The position numbers and the translations under genes are program-made. The notes below the pieces were generated by a model. It saw nothing but the letters and a program-made list of their open reading frames with translations, was not told the DNA's origin and ran no database searches. Shown piece after piece: positions 32,518-43,825 of a stretch of DNA of 63,223 nt. The stretch is from the sequence record SRR22947727_633; one strand, 5' to 3'. The first letter of the stretch is position 1, and every line of letters begins with the position of its first letter.

Positions 32518-33798
32518 ATGAACAAAAAACTTCTCTGTATTAGCACCAATTGGCCTGAAGCCAATGCTACAGCTGCAGGAGTTCGTATGCATGAGTTGTT
32601 AGCTATTTTCATGTCTCATGGTTTTAAGACTACCTTTTTAGCTACTAGTAACCACTTAGAAGGACAACTAGCCTTAAAAGAAAAAGGTATTATTACCCAA
32701 CAAATTCTTGTGAATGACGCTTCCTTTGATCTATTATTAAAGGAAATTGAGCCAGATGTTGTGCTTTTTGACAGATTTATTTCAGAAGAGCAGTTTGGCT
32801 GGCGGGTGCGCGATATATTACCCAATGCCGTTACGATATTAGATACAGAAGACTTACATTGTTTAAGAACACTAAGGGAGGAACAAACCATATCTTATAT
32901 TAATGAGCATAAAGACGCACCTTACGCTTTATTTCATCATCCAACAGATTTAGTCCATTTAAATTCAAAAGGGCAGACCAAAAGAGAATTGTCCAGTATA
33001 CTTAGGTGTGATCTAAATTTGGTGGTTTCTTCATTTGAAATGACTGTGCTAGTAGATCATTTTAAAGTCCCTCCTCATTTGTGTTTATTATTGCCCATCA
33101 CATATCAGAAACAACACTTATTAGCCCATAGGGCAAGTAGGGATTACAAAGAAAGATCAGGCTATTTTTTTATTGGCAACGGACTTCATAAGCCCAATAT
33201 AGATGCTATTAAATGTTTGTATTTCAGCATATGGCCACTAATTAAAAAGCAGCACAAATTGGCAGAGATTTATATCTATGGTGCCTATTTACCCCAACAA
33301 ATCAAGGAACTTCATAAGCCTAACATTGGGTTTCATATTATTGGCGCTGTAAAAGATGTAAAAGCACCATTTAACAAACACAAGATTAACCTAGTTCCAT
33401 TGAGATTTGGTGCAGGAATTAAAGGGAAGATATTGGAAGGATTTGTTTATGGCTGTCCCCATATTACAACAGCTATAGGAAAAGAAGGAATGGATTACAC
33501 CATGAATTGGCCTGGTAAAGTAGCCAATGAATCCTTAGAATTCGCACAAAAAGCAGTATCATTATATCATGATGAATTTAACTGGCAAATACTTAAAAGC
33601 GAAGGATATAAATTCATAGACCAATTTTTTGAACGCAGTATTCATGAAATTAAATACTTAGATAGCCTCTCTAAAACACTAAATAATTTAGCAGACAACA
33701 GGGTTAAAAATTTCATGGGAAGTCTATTAAAAGAACAACAATTCCAAGCGTCAAAATATATGTCTTTATGGATCACAGAAAAAAACAAGAATACGTAA
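32518..33798 (+). CDS. Glycosyltransferase (GT4-like)
   Basis: WPE...AAG.R, DTEDLH, PLRFGAGIKGK. Confidence 0.8.
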   Translation: MNKKLLCISTNWPEANATAAGVRMHELLAIFMSHGFKTTFLATSNHLEGQLALKEKGIITQQILVNDASFDLLLKEIEPDVVLFDRFISEEQFGWRVRDILPNAVTILDTEDLHCLRTLREEQTISYINEHKDAPYALFHHPTDLVHLNSKGQTKRELSSILRCDLNLVVSSFEMTVLVDHFKVPPHLCLLLPITYQKQHLLAHRASRDYKERSGYFFIGNGLHKPNIDAIKCLYFSIWPLIKKQHKLAEIYIYGAYLPQQIKELHKPNIGFHIIGAVKDVKAPFNKHKINLVPLRFGAGIKGKILEGFVYGCPHITTAIGKEGMDYTMNWPGKVANESLEFAQKAVSLYHDEFNWQILKSEGYKFIDQFFERSIHEIKYLDSLSKTLNNLADNRVKNFMGSLLKEQQFQASKYMSLWITEKNKNT

Positions 33799-33816
33799 CT
33801 TGCTAAAAAAATAGTC

Positions 33817-34659
33817 ATGGAAAATATCGTTTGGAAAGAAGTGAAGAAATACGAGGACATTACCTATAAAAAATCTAATGGCGTCGCTAGAATAGCTTTT
33901 AATAGACCAGAGGTAAGAAATGCCTTTAGACCTAAAACAACTTCAGAATTATACGACGCATTTTATGACGCACATGAAGACCCTTCCATTGGTGTAGTAT
34001 TACTCAGTGGTGAAGGACCTTCTCCTAAGGACGGTGTTTTTTCTTTCTGTAGTGGAGGAGACCAAAGGGCAAGAGGTCACAAAGGATATGTAGGAGAAGA
34101 TGGCAACCACCGCCTAAATATTCTAGAGGTACAAAGATTGATACGCTTTATGCCAAAGGTAGTCATTGCGGTTGTTCCAGGATGGGCTGTAGGAGGAGGC
34201 CACAGCCTTCACGTAGTATGTGACTTAACACTAGCCAGTAAAGAACATGCCATATTTAAACAAACGGACGCAGACGTTACCAGTTTTGACGGCGGCTATG
34301 GATCTGCTTATTTGGCTAAAATGGTAGGACAGAAAAAAGCCAGAGAAATTTTCTTTTTAGGAAGGAAATATACCGCACAAGAAGCCTTTGATATGGGAAT
34401 GGTTAACGCTGTAATCCCTCATGACAGGCTTGAATCAACAGCATATGAATGGGCCCAAGAGATACTTGCAAAATCTCCAACGAGTATTAAGATGTTAAAA
34501 TTCGCCATGAACCTCACAGACGACGGCATGGTAGGACAACAAGTATTCGCAGGAGAAGCCACTAGATTAGCCTATATGACAGATGAAGCTAAAGAAGGCA
34601 GAAATGCCTTTTTAGAAAAGAGACCACCAAATTTTGACAAAGACAGTTACATTGCATAA
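33817..34659 (+). CDS. menB: 1,4-dihydroxy-2-naphthoyl-CoA synthase
   Basis: NRPEVRNAFRP, FCSGGDQ, GGGHSLH, SFDGGYG. Confidence 0.97.
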   Translation: MENIVWKEVKKYEDITYKKSNGVARIAFNRPEVRNAFRPKTTSELYDAFYDAHEDPSIGVVLLSGEGPSPKDGVFSFCSGGDQRARGHKGYVGEDGNHRLNILEVQRLIRFMPKVVIAVVPGWAVGGGHSLHVVCDLTLASKEHAIFKQTDADVTSFDGGYGSAYLAKMVGQKKAREIFFLGRKYTAQEAFDMGMVNAVIPHDRLESTAYEWAQEILAKSPTSIKMLKFAMNLTDDGMVGQQVFAGEATRLAYMTDEAKEGRNAFLEKRPPNFDKDSYIA

Positions 34660-36000
34660 CTATTCTACAGCAGCTACAACCGCTGCAATAAAATCATTGG
34701 CCCTGTAATCTGGACGCTCTCCCAGACCAGTCCTCACGATCACCAAGTCTTTAGAAGGAATTACGTAAACATGTTGTCCATCGTGTCCATTGGCACTGTA
34801 GAGGTCTTTAGGGGCATCTTTTAAGTGACCGTCTGCATTGAGCCAAAAATGCGCTCCATATGCTCCATTAGAGGATTTAGTGGGAGAGCTAATATAATTC
34901 ACCCAACGGTCACTAAATATTCTCGACCCATCCCAAATTCCGTTTTGTAGGTACAATAAACCAAACCTAGCCCAATCTCTAGTACTGGCCCATCCATAAG
35001 AGGAGCCTACAAAAGTCTGTACCATATCTGTTTCAATCACCATAGAATGCATCCCAATTTTATCGATTAATTGCGCGTAAGGGAAATCTAAATATTGCTG
35101 GGCATCTGAACTAAATGATTTAAGGTATTTAGATAAAATATTTGTGGTTCCAGAAGAATAAGACCAAATTTCTCCTGGCATTGCAATACTGGGTCTGTCA
35201 ATAGCTACCTGTGCCATGTCTGCCTCGTTAAACAACATATTGGTCACATCTGAAATCACTGAATAATCTTCTTCAAAAGCCAATCCACTTTGCATTCTCA
35301 ATAAATCATCAATGGTAATATGAGCCCTTTCATCCTTGGCCCAATCTTCAAAAGCCACACGATCACTCACGCTTAATTTACCCTGATATTCTAGGATTCC
35401 GTAAATTGTTGCTATAACACTTTTGGTCATAGACCAGCCAAGAACGGGGGTATCTGGACCAAATCCATCTATGTATTTCTCTCCAATAAGCTGCCCCTTG
35501 TAGAGTATGAGCGCAGACCTTGATTTTTGTAAGTGGTTGTCTTTAAAAACTAAATCCAAGGCATTCTGAATGGCAGAATAATCAACAGTAGGCAACACAG
35601 TATCTAGTGGCGCTAAATGCCCTATTGGGTAAGGCTTTTCAATGGGTGTTAGATTTCTTCTGGGTATTAGAAAATGATCTAAATCCAGAGCAGAAACCCC
35701 TTTAGGTAAAAGAATAGCCCCTAAGCCTTCTTTGTAAATGGCTTCGCGTTTTTGAAAACCAAAAACCCGCGCCGATGCCTTTTTCATTGGATAGTCCAAC
35801 TCATTTGTAGCCAATTTGATATTGGGGATATTATTGTCATTCGCCTCAATGTAGCTTTTAGAATGGCCCGCTATAAAAGCCGAACTCGCTACATATTTTG
35901 AACTATAGCCGGATATTAATGTTAATTTGGGGTAATTAAAACCAATGGCTATAACAATCAATAAAAATAAAATTCCAGAAATTCTTTTAAACCATTTCAT
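34660..36000 (-). CDS. Serine hydrolase (beta-lactamase/class C-like family)
   Basis: SxxK (SMTK), LLRMQSG, YSS, YGAHFW. Confidence 0.88.
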   Translation of the reverse strand: MKWFKRISGILFLLIVIAIGFNYPKLTLISGYSSKYVASSAFIAGHSKSYIEANDNNIPNIKLATNELDYPMKKASARVFGFQKREAIYKEGLGAILLPKGVSALDLDHFLIPRRNLTPIEKPYPIGHLAPLDTVLPTVDYSAIQNALDLVFKDNHLQKSRSALILYKGQLIGEKYIDGFGPDTPVLGWSMTKSVIATIYGILEYQGKLSVSDRVAFEDWAKDERAHITIDDLLRMQSGLAFEEDYSVISDVTNMLFNEADMAQVAIDRPSIAMPGEIWSYSSGTTNILSKYLKSFSSDAQQYLDFPYAQLIDKIGMHSMVIETDMVQTFVGSSYGWASTRDWARFGLLYLQNGIWDGSRIFSDRWVNYISSPTKSSNGAYGAHFWLNADGHLKDAPKDLYSANGHDGQHVYVIPSKDLVIVRTGLGERPDYRANDFIAAVVAAVE

Positions 36001-36042
36001 CTCAGTAGCGTTAATTGCCCTAAAATAGTGAAATAGCTTAGA

Positions 36043-36453
36043 TTAATCTCTTTTTATCCAAATTTTATCAGGACCTATGGTGCAAGTTGCTAAGTACTCA
36101 AAGCGGCATTGAGTTGGAGGGATTAGAGACAAAAAGTCACTGCCCTGTTTGTCTAAATAAAGGAAGTAAGTTTCTCCTATAATGGGTTCAAAACTAAATT
36201 TTGAACTGTAAATTCTCTTATTAAAATCATAAGATTCCATCATTTGAGCATATTGCTCTTTTAAAGCATTAAACTGGGCTTTAAACTCATGATTGACTGT
36301 TTGCACTTGGGTGTTTTTCCAGCTACTTACGTCTGGTGCAGTAATCTGTGGGGCGCCAACACCAGTAGCATAAGGCAAAATATGGGCGTTATATTGCTGT
36401 TTGTCCTTGTCATAAACAACAGCATCTGGTTTTTTAGATTCTTTCATAGCCAT
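36043..36453 (-). CDS. DUF2452-like protein
   Basis: LPYAT.VGAP, FEPIIGETYFLY. Confidence 0.7.
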   Translation of the reverse strand: MAMKESKKPDAVVYDKDKQQYNAHILPYATGVGAPQITAPDVSSWKNTQVQTVNHEFKAQFNALKEQYAQMMESYDFNKRIYSSKFSFEPIIGETYFLYLDKQGSDFLSLIPPTQCRFEYLATCTIGPDKIWIKRD

Positions 36454-36557
36454 GCAAAATTACAATAAGTCAAGTCAAATATAAAGTCTAAAGGGAATAT
36501 TCAATTAGATCTTATATAATATCAAATATTTGTAGCTTTATAACAAAATGAACCCGT

Positions 36558-37220
36558 ATGCGATTACTCATAAGTTTTATTGGATTACTTTTTTTAAATT
36601 CTTGTGCCATTTCAGTTCCCATTGTAGACAAACCCATAGTATTTAAACAAAAGCGCGTAAAGCTTACCCAAGATTACCTTGAGAATAGGTATGGTATGAG
36701 CCAGGATAATATTCTGATAAAGCCCCAAATGATTGTGGTGCACTGGACTGCTATTCCAACACTTGAAAAATCATTTGAAGCATTTTACAATGAGTCACTC
36801 CCCAATTGGAGGCCTGAACTAGTGAATCAAAGCGCTTTAAACGTATCTGCTCAATTTCTAGTAGATCAAGATGGCACAATCTATAGACTCATGCCAGAAA
36901 ACCATATGGCCAGACATGTAATAGGTTTAAATCATGCAGCTATAGGTATTGAAAATGTAGGAGGCACTAAAGAAACGCCCTTGACAAAAGCCCAATTAAA
37001 ATCTAATATAAAATTGATTAAATACTTGAAGACAAAGCATTCAATCAATTACCTTATAGGTCATTACGAATATACATTATTTGAAAACCATTCGCTCTGG
37101 AAGGAAGTGGATTCAGGCTATAGAACAGAAAAAACCGATCCAGGAATAGCATTTATGGCAAAAATTAGACGGGCTACCTCAAAATTAAAGTTTAAGGCCA
37201 ATCCCTCTCTAATTCCGTAA
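36558..37220 (+). CDS. N-acetylmuramoyl-L-alanine amidase (Amidase_2), probable lipoprotein
   Basis: VVHWT, ARHV, IGIEN, GHYE, TDPG; lipobox LNSC. Confidence 0.85.
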   Translation: MRLLISFIGLLFLNSCAISVPIVDKPIVFKQKRVKLTQDYLENRYGMSQDNILIKPQMIVVHWTAIPTLEKSFEAFYNESLPNWRPELVNQSALNVSAQFLVDQDGTIYRLMPENHMARHVIGLNHAAIGIENVGGTKETPLTKAQLKSNIKLIKYLKTKHSINYLIGHYEYTLFENHSLWKEVDSGYRTEKTDPGIAFMAKIRRATSKLKFKANPSLIP

Positions 37221-37272
37221 TTTTAATTAAATCTATTTGATTTTTTTTAAAACAGTCCTAAAATATCTTTTT

Positions 37273-38742
37273 ATGAAATTACGCCTCAAAACAGCCTTAT
37301 TATTCTCAATTACCTTACTTATAAATGCAACGCCAGGAATGGCTCAAGACAAATTGGTCAATGATTTAGTGTCCCAGTATGAAAGCTATAAAGAGCCATC
37401 ATTAAATAAAAGAAGGATAAAACACGAAGACCTTCAGCCACTCATTGATCGGTACAAAAATCAAGCGGGCATAACAGTCACTAAAGTAGGGGAGTCCATA
37501 GAGGGAAGAAGCTTGTCTTTATTGAGTTTAGGTAGCGGAAATACAGATGTTTTTCTATGGTCGCAAATGCATGGAGACGAACCTACAGCCACTCAAGCTA
37601 TTTTTGATATATTAAATTATTTTTCATCAGGGCAAAAAAATAGCGTCCAAAAATTGCTTTTAAAGAAATTGAGGTTTCATTTTTTGCCCATGCTTAATCC
37701 AGATGGTGCTGAGGTTTTTACCAGAAGGAATACCTTGGGAATAGACATAAACAGAGATGCTTTAGACTTGGCATCGCCTGAAGGGCGTACTTTGAAAAGC
37801 GTTCGAGATAGTTTAGAAGCAGATTTTGGATTTAACTTACACGATCAGAGCAAGTATTACAACGCAGAGAGGACGGATAAGCCAGCGACCTTGTCTTATT
37901 TAGCCCCTGCATATAATTATGAAAAAGATATTAATGAAGTGAGGGGAAATGCCATGAAAGTAATTGTACTAATGAATGAATTGGTACAGGGTTTTGCGCC
38001 TGGACAGGTGGGACGCTATAATGATGATTTTGAACCTAGGGCATTTGGAGATAATATTCAAAAATGGGGTACTTCTACTATTTTAATTGAATCTGGCGGA
38101 TTTTTAAACGATGCTGAAAAACAAGAAATCAGAAAATTAAATTACGTATCTATACTGGCAGCTCTTTATAGTATTGCTACAAAATCATTTGAAAAAATTG
38201 ACCTGGCAGCCTATGAAAAAATACCGCAAAACGATCGAAAATTGTTTGATCTTAAAATTGAAGACGTACAATATGAATTGTTGGGAAATACTTACACCCT
38301 AGATATTGGTGTTCATTATTTGGAGGTAGACAATGCCTCTCATTCTGAGTATTTCACTAAAGCACAAATCATGGACTTAGGGGACTTATCCACCTATTAT
38401 GGCTATGAAACAATGCGTGCCAAAGGATATAAAATTATACCTGGAAAAATATACACCCCAAAGAAAGGAGAGCAACCAACTAAAGAAAAGGCTTATAGTC
38501 TGCTTAAAAAAGGCTACGTGTATTGGCTAGGACCATTAGCTATGGGAGACAATGGATTTAATTTTCCTATGCAAGTGGTGAGTAATAAATTTGTGTTACC
38601 TGACTTTAGGCTATACGTAGGACTAAACCCAAGTTTTTTACTTTCAAAAGATGGGGTCATTAGTCATGCTGTGGTAAATGGTTATCTCATTGATTTACAA
38701 AAGGAGTCAAGCGCTTTTAGAAATGCTATTTTCTTGAGGTAG
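37273..38742 (+). CDS. M14 zinc carboxypeptidase
   Basis: HGDE, LNPDG, DINRD, NLHDQ, IES; start likely MKLRLK at 37273. Confidence 0.88.
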   Translation: MKLRLKTALLFSITLLINATPGMAQDKLVNDLVSQYESYKEPSLNKRRIKHEDLQPLIDRYKNQAGITVTKVGESIEGRSLSLLSLGSGNTDVFLWSQMHGDEPTATQAIFDILNYFSSGQKNSVQKLLLKKLRFHFLPMLNPDGAEVFTRRNTLGIDINRDALDLASPEGRTLKSVRDSLEADFGFNLHDQSKYYNAERTDKPATLSYLAPAYNYEKDINEVRGNAMKVIVLMNELVQGFAPGQVGRYNDDFEPRAFGDNIQKWGTSTILIESGGFLNDAEKQEIRKLNYVSILAALYSIATKSFEKIDLAAYEKIPQNDRKLFDLKIEDVQYELLGNTYTLDIGVHYLEVDNASHSEYFTKAQIMDLGDLSTYYGYETMRAKGYKIIPGKIYTPKKGEQPTKEKAYSLLKKGYVYWLGPLAMGDNGFNFPMQVVSNKFVLPDFRLYVGLNPSFLLSKDGVISHAVVNGYLIDLQKESSAFRNAIFLR

Positions 38743-38844
38743 GGGATATTATTATTCATTTTTACATAAAATATGACAGAACTGACGTATATTTGCTGAC
38801 TATTGAACCTTTATTCATTTGGTTCTTAAAACTTATCAATCGAA

Positions 38845-39303
38845 ATGGCGAGAGCGCAAGAAACCTTTAACAAAAAAGAGAAAGAGAAGAAACGTCTAAA
38901 AAAACGTGACGACAAACAAAAGAAGAAATTGGAACGCAAAGCCAATGCTGAAAAACCAAATAGTTTAGAAGACATGTTGGTTTATGTAGATGAGAATGGT
39001 CACTTTACAGACACCCCTCCAGATCCAAGTTTAAAAGTTAAGGTAGACGCAGAGAGTATTGTTATTGGAATTCCTAAAAAAGAAGATAGGGATGAAGAAG
39101 AAGAGGATCCATTAAGAACTGGAAAAGTCTCTTTCTTTGACGCATCAAAAGGCTTTGGATTCATTATAGATGCTGTTTCTCAAGAAAAGCACTTTGTTCA
39201 TGTAAGTGGTTTAATTGATGAAATTATGGAAAATGATAAAGTTAGCTTTGAATTAGAGCGTGGTCAAAAAGGAATGAACGCAGTTAAAGTTACAAAGCAA
39301 TAG
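38845..39303 (+). CDS. Cold-shock domain protein with Lys-rich N-terminal extension
   Basis: KGFGFI and HFVHVS RNP motifs; TATATTTG promoter element at 38788-38795. Confidence 0.9.
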   Translation: MARAQETFNKKEKEKKRLKKRDDKQKKKLERKANAEKPNSLEDMLVYVDENGHFTDTPPDPSLKVKVDAESIVIGIPKKEDRDEEEEDPLRTGKVSFFDASKGFGFIIDAVSQEKHFVHVSGLIDEIMENDKVSFELERGQKGMNAVKVTKQ

Positions 39304-39358
39304 TTTTAAATATCTTACTAAAATACTTTCTTTAATTAATAAGATTTTGTTTGAACAT

Positions 39359-39395
39359 AAAAAAGTCCTGTAAATTATTTTTACAGGACTTTTTT
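39359..39395. terminator. Bidirectional intrinsic terminator between convergent genes
   Basis: AAAAAAGTCCTGTAAA-TTATT-TTTACAGGACTTTTTT. Confidence 0.88.
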
Positions 39396-39413
39396 GTGTT
39401 TTATTGGGGTTAA

Positions 39414-40964
39414 TTACATACCTCCTTTTCTATTGGGAGATCTGGTAGAAGGCCATTTCATTTGTTTTCCGGTTCTTTTACTCACCGGCAATACTATCTT
39501 TTCTCTAGAAGTCTTTTCGTTGTCTTCAGACGCCATATAAGCCAATACAGCTGTTAGAATGGCATTGTTTCTAAGGTCATCAAAAACAATCTTGTCATAA
39601 GTGTCTCTATTGGTGTGCCATGTGTAATTCCAATAAGACCAGCTCAGGGAGCTCAAGCTAAATGCTGGGGCACCAGCTGCAACAAAGGAAGCATAATCTG
39701 AACCTCCCCCCCCTGGAGTACCGGGAAAATTAGTCTCTATGTGTTGGGTAATATCTTGTGGAACTTCATGAAGCCATCTGCCTATATAATCATAAGCATG
39801 AAGAAAACCTTGCCCAGAAATATTAACAACCCTTCCGGTGCCATTGTCTTGGTTAAAAACTGCTTGAACCTGTGAAACTATTTCTGGGTGGTCTTCAACA
39901 AAGGCCCTTGATCCATTTAAGCCTTGTTCTTCACTGCCCCAGTGACCTACTAAAATGGTTCTTTTTGGATTTGGCACAATTTTTTTAAGAATTCTCATCG
40001 CTTCCATCATGACTAAAGTACCTGTTCCATTGTCAGTTGCACCTGTACCTCCATCCCATGAATCAAAATGTGCAGATAGAATGACATATTCCTCTGGTTT
40101 TTCTGACCCTCTAATTTCTGCAATTGTATTAAACGTTGGTACTTCTCCTAGATCTTTTGATTGTGCTACAATATTCAAAACTGGGTTTTCTCCTCTAAGA
40201 GCCAGCCTATATACCATAGAATAGTCCTCTAATTCCAAATCTACCGTGGGAATTTTTTTTGTTCTGGCACTAAATATTTTGCTCACGCCAAAACCTTTGG
40301 ACCAATAGGAGCTTACAATTCCCGCAGCTCCTGCATTTTCTAGGGCTTCAATGATGCTTCTTGAGGTGAAACCAGTGTTTTTCATGTTTTCTCTCCAAGC
40401 GTTATTAGCCGCTTCTCTTTCAGATTTCATTTTTTCAATCGAAGCCTCTGTAGCAAACTCTTCCCAATTATAATCAGGCCTTCCAGTGGTCTCTAAGGGA
40501 GAAATCATGACCAATTTACCTTTAACCAATGGCAACCAATTTTGAAATTCTTCAGGACTAGACACTGTAGGCAAAACAATTACTGCAGCAGTAACCCCTT
40601 TCTTTGAAGTAGATGGATTCCATGCAAGTTGTGTTCCCTTTAAACTTTGAATTCGAGGAGACAACATATCTATGTGTGTAATGCCCCTTTCCCAACCCCT
40701 CCAGGTTCCATAGGATTCGTTTCTAGCAGAAACACCCCATTGGCTGTATTTATCTACCGCCCAATCGTGGGCTTGTTTCATTTGAGGGGTGCCCACAAGC
40801 CTTGGACCAATACCATCCATGAGTTCTTGTCCAAGAATTTCTAACTGAGAATTTTCATTGGCTTCAGATACTATTTGTTCTATAACAGATTGGTCCTGTG
40901 CCCAGCCACTAAAAATAAAGCAAATGGCTATAATAGCGAAGTTTATAAATTGTTTTTTCATCAT
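39414..40964 (-). CDS. M28 peptidase (carboxypeptidase Q-like), secreted
   Basis: GPRL.G, AHFDSWD, ATDNGTG, SEEQGL.GS, SDY, WHT..DT. Confidence 0.9.
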   Translation of the reverse strand: MMKKQFINFAIIAICFIFSGWAQDQSVIEQIVSEANENSQLEILGQELMDGIGPRLVGTPQMKQAHDWAVDKYSQWGVSARNESYGTWRGWERGITHIDMLSPRIQSLKGTQLAWNPSTSKKGVTAAVIVLPTVSSPEEFQNWLPLVKGKLVMISPLETTGRPDYNWEEFATEASIEKMKSEREAANNAWRENMKNTGFTSRSIIEALENAGAAGIVSSYWSKGFGVSKIFSARTKKIPTVDLELEDYSMVYRLALRGENPVLNIVAQSKDLGEVPTFNTIAEIRGSEKPEEYVILSAHFDSWDGGTGATDNGTGTLVMMEAMRILKKIVPNPKRTILVGHWGSEEQGLNGSRAFVEDHPEIVSQVQAVFNQDNGTGRVVNISGQGFLHAYDYIGRWLHEVPQDITQHIETNFPGTPGGGGSDYASFVAAGAPAFSLSSLSWSYWNYTWHTNRDTYDKIVFDDLRNNAILTAVLAYMASEDNEKTSREKIVLPVSKRTGKQMKWPSTRSPNRKGGM

Positions 40965-41064
40965 TACTTTAGGTTTGTTTATTGACTAAATATAACAAAT
41001 AATGGAAGAAAAAAATTAAGACCTATCAAGTTCATTTCATTAAAGGAAATAAAAGCCCATACCA

Positions 41065-42471
41065 TTAGGGTTCTAAGGAAGGAATCACTAAGCCCATAGC
41101 ATTAAATAATACGGCCTTGTTAGTCAAATACTTATTAAAAGTGGTGTTTAATTTAATTTTAGACTCTATGAGTTTTTGCTCCCTACTGATAACAACAAAA
41201 AGGGAACTTTCACCTGCATTAAATTTCTGCTGTTCACCGATTAATAATTTACTGTAATTGGTTACTAATCCGGTAGAAAGATCCAGTTGCTCCACAAGCG
41301 CTCTTTGCGCTTGAACACTTTGGGATACCTTATTTTGAATTCGCACACTTTCAAAATTAAAATCTAATTGTGCATCTGAAAGTTTTAATGCGGTTATTTT
41401 TAAATCGCCTCTTTCTTTCCTTAAAAATAAGGGCAATTGCACCTTAACTCCAGCCTTGTATTGTTCTGTATTTAGTGGTGTTATTTGGTCCAAATTACTT
41501 TGTAATACATTGAAGTTTGCAGTTAAATCTGGGAATAAACTAGCCCTTTTTAAGGAACGGTCTATTTTTAAGGTACCCACTTTAGCTTCTAGGATATTTA
41601 ATTTTGGGTGTGTGGCTAAATAAAAATTATCTAATCCTCCATTTTCTATACCTAAAAATGCATCTATCTCAAGATCAGATACACTTATAGGAATGGAGTT
41701 TTCAGATATTTCTAAGGGTATATTGTCTTCTCCCCATAAATAATTAGAAGCTTCTAATCGGGCTTTCACTAAATTAACTTCTGATTCAGACAATGATAAA
41801 ATACGTTGCTGAACATTGGTGAACGACTCTACTGTGTCTATCATAGCAATATCACCACTTAGTGCGCGTTGTCTAACACCCTCGTATCGCTTAGCTGCAT
41901 TGTTTCTGAACTGAACATTTACTTGGTAATTGTCATATGCCAATAACCAATTAAAATAAGCTAAAGAAGCCTCAGTGACCAGCTCGTTGATCAATAAATC
42001 TCTTTCTGCTTGTGTTTGATTGATTATAATAGCCGCTTTTTTTAAAGTGGCCATACGTTTGTTAATCCATAAGCCTTCAGAAGCATCTAAACTGATTCCC
42101 GCAGAATACAATCCGTCAGTAGGTAGTTTATCTTCTGGATTTAAAAACACGCCGTCATTGACCGAATAATCTCCTTTTAGTGAAAGACCAAACCAAGTGG
42201 GTATAGAAATACTACCTCCTGATTGGTTATAATACAATTGGTCATTGTACTTTTTTTGTTGGTTTTCAAAAGTAAGTTTAGGATCAAATGCGCCCCTTGC
42301 CATTTGTTGATTGGCTTGGCCAAATTGTGCCCTGTTATAGGCTTGAGTTAATAAAGGATGGTTGTCAGTGACATATTCTAAATATTTAATATAACTCAGC
42401 GAAGGGGTATCTTGGCTATATATAGAAGACAGACCAAAAACAATAAATAGATAGGTTAAAAACGTATTCAT
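41065..42471 (-). CDS. TolC-family outer membrane efflux protein
   Basis: Helical efflux-protein pattern, F..GESSLF; last gene of the ABC-HlyD operon; start likely MNTFL at 42471. Confidence 0.85.
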   Translation of the reverse strand: MNTFLTYLFIVFGLSSIYSQDTPSLSYIKYLEYVTDNHPLLTQAYNRAQFGQANQQMARGAFDPKLTFENQQKKYNDQLYYNQSGGSISIPTWFGLSLKGDYSVNDGVFLNPEDKLPTDGLYSAGISLDASEGLWINKRMATLKKAAIIINQTQAERDLLINELVTEASLAYFNWLLAYDNYQVNVQFRNNAAKRYEGVRQRALSGDIAMIDTVESFTNVQQRILSLSESEVNLVKARLEASNYLWGEDNIPLEISENSIPISVSDLEIDAFLGIENGGLDNFYLATHPKLNILEAKVGTLKIDRSLKRASLFPDLTANFNVLQSNLDQITPLNTEQYKAGVKVQLPLFLRKERGDLKITALKLSDAQLDFNFESVRIQNKVSQSVQAQRALVEQLDLSTGLVTNYSKLLIGEQQKFNAGESSLFVVISREQKLIESKIKLNTTFNKYLTNKAVLFNAMGLVIPSLEP

Positions 42472-42478
42472 TAATTTA

Positions 42479-43825
42479 TTATTTTTCTTTATTTGGAACA
42501 TAGTTAGGATTGTAATAGTTAGGAGGGAAACCGTTCAGTTGTCTCCATAATTCAAACCAAATAGGCACATCTTCTAACAAGGCAAATGTTCTGGCTCCTG
42601 AACCTACTCTTATGGCTGTTGGCCAATCGTGGTCATCTGGATCTGGCGCCAATAAAACCCTGTATTTTCCATTGTCACTAATGAAAGTTTCTATAGCCAC
42701 AACCTTAGCACCATAGGTACCATAAGAAACATTAGGCCAACCACTGAATACAATAGCGGGCCAACCGTCAAATTGAATCCTTACTTTTTCATCAATATGG
42801 AGTAGGGGTAAGTCAATGGGATTTACAAAAGTTTCTACGGCCAGCTCATAATCTGCAGGCATAATACCTAAAAGTTTTTCCCCTTCTTTAAAAGTCTCTC
42901 CAATACCTCCTTTAATTGTTTTATTAATATATCCGTTTTGAGGTGCTGTAATGTACATTAAATCACTTCTCCTACTGTAATTGCTATAGGTATTAGACAG
43001 CTTACTGCCTTTTTCTTTGGCATTATAGAAATTGGATTGGGCAGTAAATAACTCGCTCTGGGCTTTGGATATTTTATCTATATAAGATGTTTCTACCTCT
43101 AATCGCTCAAGGGCTACATTCAAAGCCAGATTTTTACTGTTCTCAAAATCATTTTCTTGAGCTATCTCATTGGCCTGGGCCTCTTGTAATTTCAATTTTT
43201 TATCTTCAACTTCTCTTACCGCTTTAAGATCTAAAACTTCTAAGTCTCTAACCCTTTCAAACTGGCTTAAAGCAATTTCAGTGTTTGTTTTTGCAGCAAC
43301 CAATTTAATACTGTCATTAGATACTTTAAATGCCGCTTGCAATATCTTGTTTTCTAATTGAGAACGTTTTAAAAGCAGTTCTTGCTCTAAGGCCTTAATC
43401 TGATTATCAAGGGCTATTTGTTTGTTGGAATAAGCCACAGAAGATCCTTGGTTAGCATCTATCTGTTCTTGTGTTCTAGATAGTAACTCTGGGTCAAAAT
43501 ACTCACTTTTAACCTCAGAAATTTTTAAAATGGTATCTCCTTTTTTAACATAGTCTCCCTCTTGTACGAACCATTTTTCAATTCTACCGGGTATCTGAGA
43601 TTGAAGTGTTTGTGGTCTTTGAGAAGGCATTAGGGTGGTTAAAAATCCATTTCCTGTAATATTTTGTGTCCAGGGGAGGAATAAAATAATTAATCCAATT
43701 AGCGCGAAAACCAGTAAAAACCGATTGAAATATTTGTAGTAAGATTTATTTAAAACATGCTTTCCTGAAATAAAATTCTTCAAAGGTACTTCATTATTAA
43801 TGCTGTTATTAGATATATTTAACAT
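42479..43825 (-). CDS. HlyD-family membrane fusion protein
   Basis: TM anchor plus LPWTQ, lipoyl half-motifs (VQEGDYVKKGD; ITAPQNG), long coiled coil. Confidence 0.9.
   Translation of the reverse strand: MLNISNNSINNEVPLKNFISGKHVLNKSYYKYFNRFLLVFALIGLIILFLPWTQNITGNGFLTTLMPSQRPQTLQSQIPGRIEKWFVQEGDYVKKGDTILKISEVKSEYFDPELLSRTQEQIDANQGSSVAYSNKQIALDNQIKALEQELLLKRSQLENKILQAAFKVSNDSIKLVAAKTNTEIALSQFERVRDLEVLDLKAVREVEDKKLKLQEAQANEIAQENDFENSKNLALNVALERLEVETSYIDKISKAQSELFTAQSNFYNAKEKGSKLSNTYSNYSRRSDLMYITAPQNGYINKTIKGGIGETFKEGEKLLGIMPADYELAVETFVNPIDLPLLHIDEKVRIQFDGWPAIVFSGWPNVSYGTYGAKVVAIETFISDNGKYRVLLAPDPDDHDWPTAIRVGSGARTFALLEDVPIWFELWRQLNGFPPNYYNPNYVPNKEK

Noticed and set aside
38759-38769. XerD-arm-like TTTTTACATAA here, and GATTACATAA near 47149
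   Set aside because: Imperfect, no partner arm and far from the dif cluster; expected by chance in AT-rich DNA.
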